A DNA stretch of 64,000 nucleotides, from NCBI GenBank assembly GCA_964016885.1, contig OZ024742.1, forward strand, positions 338,768,001-338,832,000. Reading direction: 5' to 3'. A program made the position numbers and the translations under genes. The stretch is from Eledone cirrhosa. Its lineage: Eukaryota. The notes under the pieces were generated by a model, which was not told the origin of the DNA, made no database searches, and saw only the letters and a program-made list of their open reading frames with translations. Shown piece by piece: positions 1 to 11,235 of this stretch (positions are counted from its first letter, which is position 1; each line of letters opens with the position of its first letter).

Positions 1-169
1 AGGAAAAGTGGTAAGGAACCAGATGGACCATATATGGTCCAGATGGACCATATATGTTTTTATTTTTATTCTTATTTTTACTTTTACTTCCTTAATATCC
101 TTTATCTTCTATTATTTTTCATTCTTCAATGTCTTGGATTTGTTATTGCTTGTATGGTATGTAATTAAC

Positions 170-227
170 CTTTATGCTCTGATGAGTCCCACTTATAGTG
201 CGGATGAAACAATGTTAGCAAGTAAAG
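170..227 (+). ncRNA. Minimal type I hammerhead ribozyme motif (Penelope-like element type)
   Basis: TGCT-CTGATGA-GTCCCACTTATAGTGCGGAT-GAAA-CAATG-TT-AGCA: intact core boxes, stem I TGCT/AGCA, foldable stem II, very short stem III, GUU cleavage triplet. Confidence 0.6.
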
Positions 228-265
228 ATATGCATATGCTATAGGCGTTCTTTGTTATTTATTAT

Positions 266-438
266 ATATATATTCATATATATGTACGTGTGTGTGCGAA
301 CACCTTATCCTCTCATTTATACACAACACACGTGTGTATGTTTGAGTGTATATATATGTGTGTATATGTATATATATGTGTGTGTGTGTGTATATATATA
401 TATGTGTGTGTGTATATTTATATATATGTGTGTATATG

Positions 439-519
<81 letters not shown>

Positions 520-605
520 ATGTGTGTGTGTGTTTGTGTGTATTCATACGTACATATATGCGTCCATATATACACACATATATCCATCTGCGTGTGTGCG
601 CGTGC
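266..605. repeat. Compound (TA)n/(TG)n microsatellite
   Basis: Direct reading; it produces the spurious YI/CV-repeat ORFs. Confidence 0.95.
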
Positions 606-805
606 ATGTACCATGCAATATATTCAAGACCGCGCAACAAGGATAATTTTTAATACCCTCACAAAGATATTTATGATATCTTCAGGAACACTTTTTAATA
701 CGTTGAGACATTGAGCGCCAAACATATTGGTGTGACGTAACAATTATTTATGTATATAGGAATTTACTTGGATAAAACGGATAAAAGCCGATTTTCCTGA
801 CTACT

Positions 806-843
<38 letters not shown>

Positions 844-852
844 TATATAATT

Positions 853-1040
853 GTTTCTACTTTTGGCACCAGGCCTGCAATTATCCCAGTGCATTACTGG
901 TACTTTATTTTATCGACTCCGCAAGGATGAAAGGCAAAGTTAACATCGGCGGGATTTGAACTCAAATCATAAAGGGAGGTAACTCTATGCTTCAAAGCAT
1001 GGCGCCCGACCCTCTACCGATACTGCCAATCCACTGCCCT
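853..1040 (-). mobile_element. tRNA-derived SINE with Nin-like central domain
   Basis: Minus strand has A-box-like TGGCAGTATCGG, B-box GAGTTCAAATCC, then ACTTTGCCTTTCATCC...GTCGATAAAATAAAGTACCAGT; flanked by (TA)n. Family assignment is from recall. Confidence 0.7.
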
Positions 1041-1713
1041 AATATATATATATATATATAATGAAAAATAAAAGTTACGGGCGAAAGAAAGGAGTATCCT
1101 CGTCAGTTGTCTACTAGGAATCATTGGTATTTCTTCGGGTTAGAGACAATATACCTTAGCCTTGGGCGAACAATAACTAAAATAAGTTATTGGGATAAAA
1201 GAAGTGGGGTGGGGGTGGGGGTGAGAAAAATATGTAAAGACACGAAGGGTGAAGCAAAGTACAGAGAGGAAAAATAGGAAAATATCAAGTCAACAACTCA
1301 TGTCTAACGTAAGAACTGGCGAATTCTGACGAGAGAGAAAAAAGACACGTCTTAGCTGTAGCAGTGTTAGCGAGAGAAGAGGCTGCGTACAGTGGCGGAC
1401 GAGGGAGGAAGTGAGCTAGCAGAGAGAGGATGACTTGCAGAGAGGGAGGGAGTGAAAGTAAGAGGAAGCGAGAAAGAGATAGTTTAGTGGGAGGCTAGCC
1501 GAGATAAGGTGACTAGCAGAGGGGATGAGCAAAAGTAAGAGGAAGAAGGAGAGAGAAGGGGAGAGAGAGAGGATAGCAGCACAGGGAGAGAAAAGAGACG
1601 GGTCACAGCGAAGAAGGGAGCTTATGTGAATAAAAATGGCGAGCTGTGTGGTTGCATTTAAGTATAATGAAAAATAAAAGTTACGGGCGAAAGAAAGGAA
1701 TATCCTCGTCAGG

Positions 1714-1749
<36 letters not shown>

Positions 1750-2376
1750 ATATATATATATATATGAAAAAGTATAACCCCGGCGGCAGAGCTCTGCCGT
1801 CGGGTTAAACTTTTTCCTATTACCCACTCTACTACACTAAGTATTGAGTACTCTGGTGCGTTATGGTCCATCTGGTTCTTTACCACACCTCCGTCGTTAT
1901 ATATATATATATATATATTATACACACACACACACACAGACACACACAGGCACACACACACACACACGCGCGCACACACACGCACACACACGGCAAGGCT
2001 CCAGTCCGGGAGTTCAGGAGCTGTGGGGAATGTGGAGTTACCCATTAGTTGTTATCACTCCCAGGGCTGCTCTAGCCCGGAGCAGTAGTACCTGCTAGGG
2101 CCCCATTTATGGGTTAAATAATTAGCTTATTAAAAAAAATTAATAAAAAAAGATGTTGTTACAGAAAAATTAAGTACAGTAATATTTATTGCATAAATAA
2201 ATCTGCTCCTAATTTTTACTGCATCTATATGTTCCTATTCTTCATATGCTTTTTCCGCCTCTCTTATCTTATATAAATGTTGATACTTATGCTTATCTAG
2301 CCTCCCATATTATGTATCCTCCTAATGTTCTTGTAACAAAGTTTTGATATTATATTTGTGTTTGTCTTTTATTATC

Positions 2377-2423
2377 TACTCCGATGAAAGCGGTCTTGTG
2401 CTAGGATGAAACGATCGTAAGTG
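2377..2423 (+). ncRNA. Degenerate minimal hammerhead motif
   Basis: TACT-CCGATGA...GAAA-CGATCG-TA-AGTG: palindromic stem III, GUA triplet, one core substitution (CUGA to CCGA), weak stem II. Confidence 0.45.
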
Positions 2424-2570
2424 ATTAAATGTTTTAAACACTCTTTGATTGTTATTTATAATGTATTTCGGCTCTGTAGTATACTTGCTATTTTACATTG
2501 AGTTATTTTCATACTTGTAACTGGGTAATATTTATTATTACTCACATTATATATATTTTTTATATATAGC

Positions 2571-2692
<122 letters not shown>

Positions 2693-3121
2693 GAGAAAAG
2701 ATGAAATTGGAAATAGTACGGAAAATATATTAAGGATCTGTTTTTCTTTTTTGTCCTTTCTTTGATTCGTCAAAGTGACATTATTGAAAAAATGAGAGGG
2801 ACAATTCTTTTAAAAAAGAGTTTTATAATATATATAAAGTATAACCGGTTTCGATGTGTTAGTGAAATTCATCTTATCAAATGTTGAGTATTACAATTAA
2901 AAAGAATTAAAAACTAAAAATTAAAGATTTAAATATCTATATATATATGTAAACAAGACCGTTATTCCCCCAACCAGTCTATTCCCCATTGATAACTACC
3001 CTAGATATACATACACTTACTCTACGCATATATATACACTATATACATATATAGAACAAACGTAAGCAATGATGGAATGCTTTATAAGTGTAAATAATGC
3101 ACCCGGAAAGGCGCATGGTGA

Positions 3122-3265
3122 AGGCGCATGATTTAGTGGTTAGAGCATTGGGCTTGCAATGGAAAGGTTGTGACTTCAATTCTCGGACCGGGTGATGTGT
3201 TGTTTCCTTGAGCAAGACACATTATTTCACGTTGCTCAAGTTTACTCAGCTGTAGAAATGAGATG
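3122..3265 (+). mobile_element. tRNA-derived SINE (CORE/Meta-like body)
   Basis: A-box-like TAGTGGTTAGAGC, degenerate B-box GACTTCAATTC, then TCCTTGAGCAAGACAC...CTCAGCTGTAGAAATG typical of SINE central domains. Confidence 0.6.
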
Positions 3266-3963
3266 ATAGGATTGGGGTCGCTATCATTAAATTACCCAAG
3301 ATACCTCCAACGAGATATACCTTGTAGGAGGCCACCTAAACCTGCATGGGTGTGAGCTGTCACACACAATGCACTCGGAAAACCAAGCCAATAATAATGA
3401 AAGCATCTGGTGGACAAGACCATCGGATTCCAAACACGTAGAAATTACATTCGTAAAAACAGAGCCAATCATGAACTAAATAAACATCTATGTTAGAGCT
3501 AAGACATCCCCCATAAATATATAGATTTAGGATTTTAACATACATATATTTTAAGCATATGAATGTGAAAATAATTGGATGGTGTTAAGAAAGTAAATTA
3601 TTATAGTACAGAACCGAACATTAAAAGCAGTAACATGCAGAATTGATAGTATTTTAAAGAGCAAAACATTGATCTTTAAAATTATTGATCTTTTAAATTA
3701 TATACATATGTATGAGTATGAGTGTGTATGTGTGTGTGATTGTGTGTGAATATATATATATATATATACAAATGAAAGTACAGCATATTCGAAGCTCGAC
3801 GAATGCATTCAGAAGTGCAGCCAAGCACTCGATAAGGTATAAAACCTTAGAGTAATAACATACAGTTTAAAGGGCTTTGCAAATTGAAGATAGCGACCGG
3901 TAATTCAGCCGCGGAGACCGTAGCAACAAAAGAACTGACTCGCGAGAAAAATACATACATATA

Positions 3964-3995
<32 letters not shown>

Positions 3996-4014
3996 TATAT
4001 TATTATTATTATTA

Positions 4015-7000
4015 CAGTTGCATTTATCTTGCTTTATGTTCATACGAGTTATCACCAAGTCACAACCAGTGACCTCAAGAGACAACAAGGTCCGCCATGT
4101 TCAAGGAAGAACATACATACTCACACATGCATCTTTAGTGTTTAGACTTGTGATGTACTTATATTGACAGAATCTTCCTTAGTATATGGGCAGTTCCCAT
4201 TAGTACTATCTTTTGTATTTCTCCTATACGCGGGTTTCCTGGGATTTGCGATAAGTAGTCATTAGACCCCTTAGGTATCATTCCCAGAGCGCCTACAACC
4301 ACTGGTATTGTTTTAGTTCTCAATTTCCACATTTTTCCAATTTCTATCTCCAGGTCCTTATACTTGCTCAATTTTTCAAATGTTTTTATAGATACATTCT
4401 TGTCTATTGGAACAGACATATCAATTAGCAGGCATACCCTCTTTTGAAAGTCCTTCAATATTATATCAGGTCTATTTGCATCGATTTTTCGGTCTGTTTG
4501 GATGCTAAAGTTCCACAAGATTGAGATGTGATCTTTTTCAAGTATGGGAGGTGGTTGATGCTCCCACCAATTCTTTTGATGGGGCAGGTCAAAATGCTTA
4601 CACATTATCCAATGTATGTATTATGCAGCTCTGTCATGCCTGTTTAGGTATTCGGTTGGAGCTATAGGACTGCACATTGAAATTATATGGTCAATGGTCT
4701 CTGGTTGTTTTTTGCATACACGGCATAATGGGCTGCATCCATTTTTTATTATGTTGGCTTGGTAATTTTTTGTTGGCAGACACTGATCTTGTGCTGATAT
4801 AATCAGTCCTTCAGTCTCCGATTTCAGTCCAGAGGATGCCAACCACTGATGGGTTAAAGTTTTGTCAACATCAGGATTGTTAGCTCGCTCTGGGTATTTT
4901 CCATACAGAGGCTTTTCTTGCCATTTCTTAGCTAGTTTCTGTAGCAGTTCTTTCTTTGCAGTTACTTTTACCTGCTTTGCTTTTTCTGTGTTTTCCATTT
5001 CAGCAGTAAATGGGACTTCTGAAATGTGTAGTCCATTACTGTATCTTTGTGCATCTTTTGTAATGGAATATGATCTTTTGATGCTTTCGTGTTTCAAAAC
5101 GAGTTTGATCATCCAATCATGTGATTCCCTTAGATATGTAGATAATCCAATTGTTGCAGTTTTCAACGCAATGTCTAACTGGATTAACCCACGTCCTCCT
5201 TCTTTCCTAGGGAGATATATTCTATCTATATCTGCCTTAGGGTGATGCATTCTGTGCATGGTTAAGAATTTTCGAATTTTTGTATCGAGCCTACGGATCT
5301 CTGTGCTTGACCAGTTGATGACATTGTAACTGTAGGTTACTACTGGTATGGCAAGCGTGTTTATGGCATCGATCCTATTCCTTGCATTCAATTCCGTTCT
5401 TAAGATTGCTCTTACTCTGCGGTAACATTCCTTCCTTATCCTTTCCCTCATTGTCGAGTGCTTGATTCCGTCTCCTTCACAAACACCTAGATATTTGTAA
5501 GTTGTTTCTTGATCAAGTTCTCTTATCACGTTCCCCCGATCAAGATTAATGTCTGAACTCTTCAGCAGCTTTCCTCTGGTGAACGTTGCTTTGGCGCATT
5601 TATCTAGTCCAAACTCCATTTTAATGTCATCACTGAACTGCTCCACAGTGGATAATAGCCCTTGCAATTGTTCATCATTTTTTGCAAATAGTTTCAGGTC
5701 ATCCATGTAGAACAGGTGATTAATGGTTTTGTCATAGACTTTATATCCATGTTTTGTTTCATTGAGCAGTTTACTTAATGGTATAAGTGCGATGCAGAAT
5801 AAAAGCGGTGATAAAGAGTCACCCTGAAGAATTCCACAATTAATATTAACTTCTCCAGCTTCCAGTGATTTTGTTTCACTATTCAAAAGGAATGTCGTTT
5901 TCCATGTCTTCATACTGAATGACAAAAACCTCCTGACAACGGGGGATATTTTGAAAATCTCTAAACATTTTTCAATCCAACTGTGTGGCAAACTATCGAA
6001 TGCTTTTTTATAATCTATCCAAGCAATCGATAGATTTTTGTGTCTATTATGACAATCTTCCAGTATCATTTTGTTAACCAGAAGCTGATCCTTACAGCCA
6101 TATGAGCCTCGTTTACACCCTTTCTGCTCAATGGGAAATAGGTCATTTGTTATCAGGTGGTCATATGTGTATTCAGTTAGGACTGATGTTAAAATTTTAT
6201 ACATTGTGGTCAAGCAAGTTATCGGTCTGTAATTTTTGGGATTATTTGTCTCATCATTCTTCGGAAGCAGGAATGTAATGCCGTTAACTAGCCATGATGG
6301 TATCTTTTCTGGCTCCTTAACTATTTCATTGTAAAGTTGGGCTAACAGCTCATGAGACTCTGTGAAGGCATTTATCCAAAAGTTTTGTATTTTGTCTTTT
6401 CCTGGGGATTTCCATTTGCTGGTTTTTCTTAGAGCCAAGCGCAACTGTTCAACTGTTATATTTTCCCATATTTGTTCCTCAAGGTGAGCTGTATCTTTCA
6501 TTTGTCTGTCTATCCATGGGGCATGTATGTTATGAACTTTTTCTTCGGCCCAGATCTTTTCCCAGAATTCTTGCACTTCCTCCTTGGGTGGTATTGATTT
6601 AGCAGCTATTGTTGACTTACCAATTTTTCTGTAGAAGTTTCTTTGGTTGTTTTTGAACATATTATTGTCCTTATAGAATCTAGATCGTTTTTCAAAGCGC
6701 CTTATACGAGCAGCTTTGGTCGACACTTTTTGCTTGATTATTTCTATCAGCATGTCTATGTCACATGTTGATTTTATACTGTACTTTTTTTTCAATTTTC
6801 TAAGTTTAGTTTGTTTAACATGTTCACCTACTTTATAGTTTGTTAAAATTTCTATGTCAGATCGGAGAAGGTTTATTTGGCGATTGATGTTCTCTTGCCA
6901 AGTAGATTTCTTGTGGGAATTCCTTTGTTTTTTCATCTTCACTCCACATAAGTGAGTGGTGACTTTAGCCGATGCATAATAGAAATGATTTAAATCAGTA

Positions 7001-8960
7001 ATGTTTAGTTTGTTTGTGATGATAATGTTTTTGAGAATTATGTTAGTCTTGTGTATTATCTTTTGGTTCTGTTTGGAGTTCTGGATCTTAGGGAGGGTGT
7101 CTCGTTGCCCCATGTCAGATTCTTTCATTTTCATCCATTCGATCATAATTTCATCCTTCAAGTTGGCAAGTTCATTCTCATTCATTTCTTTATCATTTAC
7201 GATCTCATTATTTTCATTTGGAGTTTCATCCTGAGCATGCACTCCCTCCACTTTTTCGACCCTTTCTTTAATTTGTTCTGTTGCCAGTGATTCCGCCCCA
7301 ACCCTGGGGTTCGAAGTGTTACAGTTTACCTCGTTTTCACTGACACATGTTTCATTTTCCCTTCGCTGACTTTGTGCTAATAGCTTGATCTGATCAATTT
7401 CTATATCAGTTAGTAACTTTTTTCTTACAATATTTCTTCGTATATTGGCTAGTTTGTTACTGTCAATATAGCCTCTGTTTTCGGGATGTTTCTTTTTCCA
7501 GTTGATATATGTCTGTTCTGTATTCGATGTATTTGATGGGTAGTACATGGCAGTGTAGAAAGCCTCAAGGACTTCTTTATTATCTTCCCTTGACCATTTT
7601 TCTCTCTTTTTCTTTGGATTTCTTGGTGGTGAGCATGGAGGGCCAACAGTAGGAGTATTCCGGTTATGGGAGGTCTCCAGCTCCGAAGTAATGGGAAGGT
7701 TTGAACCATTAGCTGATTTTTCGACCCCAGTCTGGTTCCTCTCTGAGGGACGCGGCCCTTTTTTTACCCGGGTGACGGCCGATCCGGTATGAGATTTTAT
7801 CATTAGACATTTACTTTATTTTGTCGCGTTTTATCCTTATCCGCCAAGGGGTAATCATTTCGTGTTACCACTTCTAGAACGAGTGTCAACCAAGACTAGA
7901 GGGGTCGTTCTCCCCTAGAGACACGGCTATTCCCCGCCGGCCGCCATCCCGGTATTTTTTGGTCACGGGGTTTTCTTTTTGTTGTTTTTTTAAAATTGTT
8001 ATTATCATGAGTGGTTCCTTAATGTGAGCATTGCGTGGCTTAAGAATGAAATTATTAATAATTGTCTCCACTCCAGGCACAAGGCCAGCAATCACACAGT
8101 GCATTACAATAATATAATATACTTTTTGCTGTAGTTGCCTGTTATTGTTGTTGGCTATGTCGGTGGTGGTGCCGGGGCTTTTTATATTGTTGGTGAGGAA
8201 GGGGTGAGCCAGCAGTCCCACAGTTGTTGATGTTGACGTTTGGCCGGTGGCCAGGTCACTAAGTCAATCTATTTATATCTTTTGCTAGCCTCTCCCTTCT
8301 CTAGTGATACCGCCACCTTCCCCTTTCTCTCTCAAGTTAACAGGGGAATAGTGGTGGTAGCAATGAAGGAGTGGTGGCGGCGGCGGTGGGATAGTGGTAG
8401 CAAGATGATGGATGGGGTGGTGGCGGCGGTGGCGTTGTGGTTACTGGGTTTCGTGATATGTAGTATCTATGAGTTTGTGTTCGTATGTTTAATATATATT
8501 GTGTTGACATATTCCCGTAAAATTGGAATTAAACATTTTGTTAAAATTTGAGACAATAATAATAGTAATTATTATTATCATGCCGGGATTGATGGTGGTG
8601 GTGGTGAAATTGCCGTTATCTGGCTGTTATATTTAGTGTGATGGGATAGGTGGTGTATCATGTTTCTGGTGTTGGTGAAATTGCTGTTATTTGGCTGTTC
8701 TATATAGTGTAGACAGAGGGTGTTTTCTTCCATTTATAACCATTTTCTTTTTTTGAATACAAAATATATAATACAAAATTGGATATTTGAGCGATATAAC
8801 AATATAATATGGATCCGAAATTTTATGGGACTTCATTCGGTGGTTTATGCAACATTTGTACTAAGTATTGTTATTTCTCAATTGATTTAAATATGTTAAA
8901 AATCAAAAACTTACGGGAGCGATTTCATGACCTTCTACCACCTCGTGCGTCTTATTCCCT
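4015..8960 (-). mobile_element. R4/Dong-like non-LTR retrotransposon, family A (near full length; 5' boundary uncertain)
   Basis: Single long RT+RLE ORF; 3' end abuts (TAA)n at ~3999-4014; next long (TTA)n tract is 8961-8986. Confidence 0.8.
4159..7803 (-). pseudogene. RT + zinc knuckle + restriction-like endonuclease ORF with one in-frame stop at 4621-4623
   Basis: [64 protein letters not shown]. The 4621-7803 and 4159-4605 ORFs are in frame across RAA*YIHWIM. Confidence 0.9.
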
Positions 8961-9194
8961 TTATTATTATTATTATTATTATTATTGGCGACCTACGTAG
9001 TAAATCGTATCATCGTGAGCTCCGCAAAGGTTTGTTATTTCCGTTTGTTAAAAATTGCCATTTATGGAAAATTTTATTGTTAACTGTTTATAAGCACACA
9101 TACATTGTTTTCCGAAAAGGACACCCAAAAAGATTGGGGCCTTGTGCCCAAAATTTTAACTTTTATTATTATCCAAAAATTTCTTTGAAAAAAA

Positions 9195-11201
9195 ATGGCT
9201 AATTCCCCTCTGCACGAAGCAGCTGAAAGCCTTCCTCACAAAATAACACCTCACACCGACACCACCATTGTAAATTTTACTACGCTTGCCAACACAAAAA
9301 AAAATATAAGCAGTAGCAATATTTTAAATTTGTCTCAGGCAGACATTCATTTCCCGCCATTACCAATGACTGCAGGTGTTAAAGCCTCCACCACCACCAC
9401 CACCACCGCGACAACCACCACCACCACCACCACCACCACCGCGACAACAGAAACAAAAGAAGAAAAAAATAAATTAACTCGTGATGTCGAAATGAAATCA
9501 AGCAAAATGGACTCTTCCGCACCAAAGACGAATGACGTCACCACCACCACAACTGAAACAAAAATTAAGATTAACACAAATAACGATAGCAACAACAACA
9601 ACAATGACATTATAAAACCGACCCTCAGTTTCGCCATCGTAGCAAAACAATTCGAAGCGTTCACGGTAACTCAAGAAGATTTAGAAAATGCCAAACAAAT
9701 GGTAAAGAAAGATGGGTACAGGGTCAGCCTCACCCCCCCACCTAATAAAATGGAGCATCGGCGCCTGTGCACCGTGTCGTATAGAACAATAAATGTAAAA
9801 TCGCGCCGAGTGGAACGGGCATCCGAGTCCCAAATCCAAAAAGCTTTGGGACATGTGTGGGCAAGAAAAACCCACATCAGACGTGGGCAAAAGTATGGAA
9901 CCGTGGATGTGTTCTTTGAAACACCATAGGAGGCTAGAGAACACTCCATGGCCCCATTAAAAAGTGACGACCTCACACTCGTCCCAAGCTATTGTGGCCA
10001 GAGACTCGTAAAGATCAGGGTGACCCACGTTCCACCGGCCATCGAAATTCCCTGGCTAATAGCGGCTGTCCTCGCCGGCATCGAAGCCAACACGAAAATA
10101 ATAGCAGTAGCAAAAGAAAAGCAGGAAAACTGGTCCGGATCTGGGATGGAGCTCCTGATCCAAGCGGACCAAAAAAGCATTGAGGAGATCCCAGAGGTAA
10201 TAGACCTCACTGACGGCAGCCACCTCACGGTAATTGTCGAGGGCAGAAGACCTAGGTGTGTCGTTTGTGGTGAAGGAACCCACCTAAGGGCTTTCTGCCC
10301 TCAGGCTAAAAGGTTGAGGCCACCTCTCCTACCCACCCCAGTGACACAACCATCAACACCACCAGTAGCAGAGATGGCAGCAACAACTGTAGCAGCAACA
10401 ACAGAAGCAACTATAATAGCAACAACCCCAGCAACAGTAGCAAAACCAACACCACTACCACCACCAGCAAAACCAACACCACCACCACCACCCAACGCTT
10501 CAGAACTAGCACCAGCGCCTACACCATCCACCACACCACAACCAAAACTAACGGCTGTGGAGGATTTTCCACTCCCCGGCCTATCACAACTGGAGACAGA
10601 TTGTGACGACGAAAAGTGGGAAACGATATCCGGAAAAAAAAAAGAAACCAAAAAAGAAAAAAATTCTCTTCCTTCCCCCTCCAAAAACAAAATACAGAGG
10701 GAAACAAATAAACTAAGAAACAAAAAAGTTAGGACAGATATGCCACCATCCACACCAGCATCACCAACCCCATCAACCCAAACACCAACACCATCACCAT
10801 CATTAACTCCAACACCACCATCACCTACACCACAAAAGTCACCAAAATGCGAAACAGAAACAAACCCACAACAAACGCACACAAAACAAAACAACCAAAA
10901 CGATACACACTACACAGCATTAAATTTGAACAACAAGCAATTATTACACTACATCCAACACAACACCAGCATCACAGAAAAAGACTACACAACAACCCCA
11001 AAATTCACACCACCTCCACACATACAAATCACTCGCATCACACAGAAAACGTACATGACACTAAAACAAAAATTCCCCAAAGACATCGGAGACTTCCGAC
11101 AAGCACTCTCCAGGAGGATTTATAAGGACATCCTTCCTGAGGAGGCCACAAGCAGTGAAAAGGATGGAAAAACCGTCTTTCCCCTACGAGAAGTAAGGTA
11201 A
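9195..11201 (+). pseudogene. ORF1 (gag-like, CX2CX4HX4C) with one in-frame TAG at 9927-9929
   Basis: CVVCGEGTHLRAFC; homologous to copy 2 ORF1 (ETP*EA versus ATPQEA). Confidence 0.85.
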
Positions 11202-11235
11202 GTGGTCTTTCCCATCTTTTCCACTCCTTTTCAAC

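Noticed and set aside
3122-3200. tRNA gene
   Set aside because: A and B boxes are degenerate, there is no cloverleaf, and the sequence continues into a SINE body
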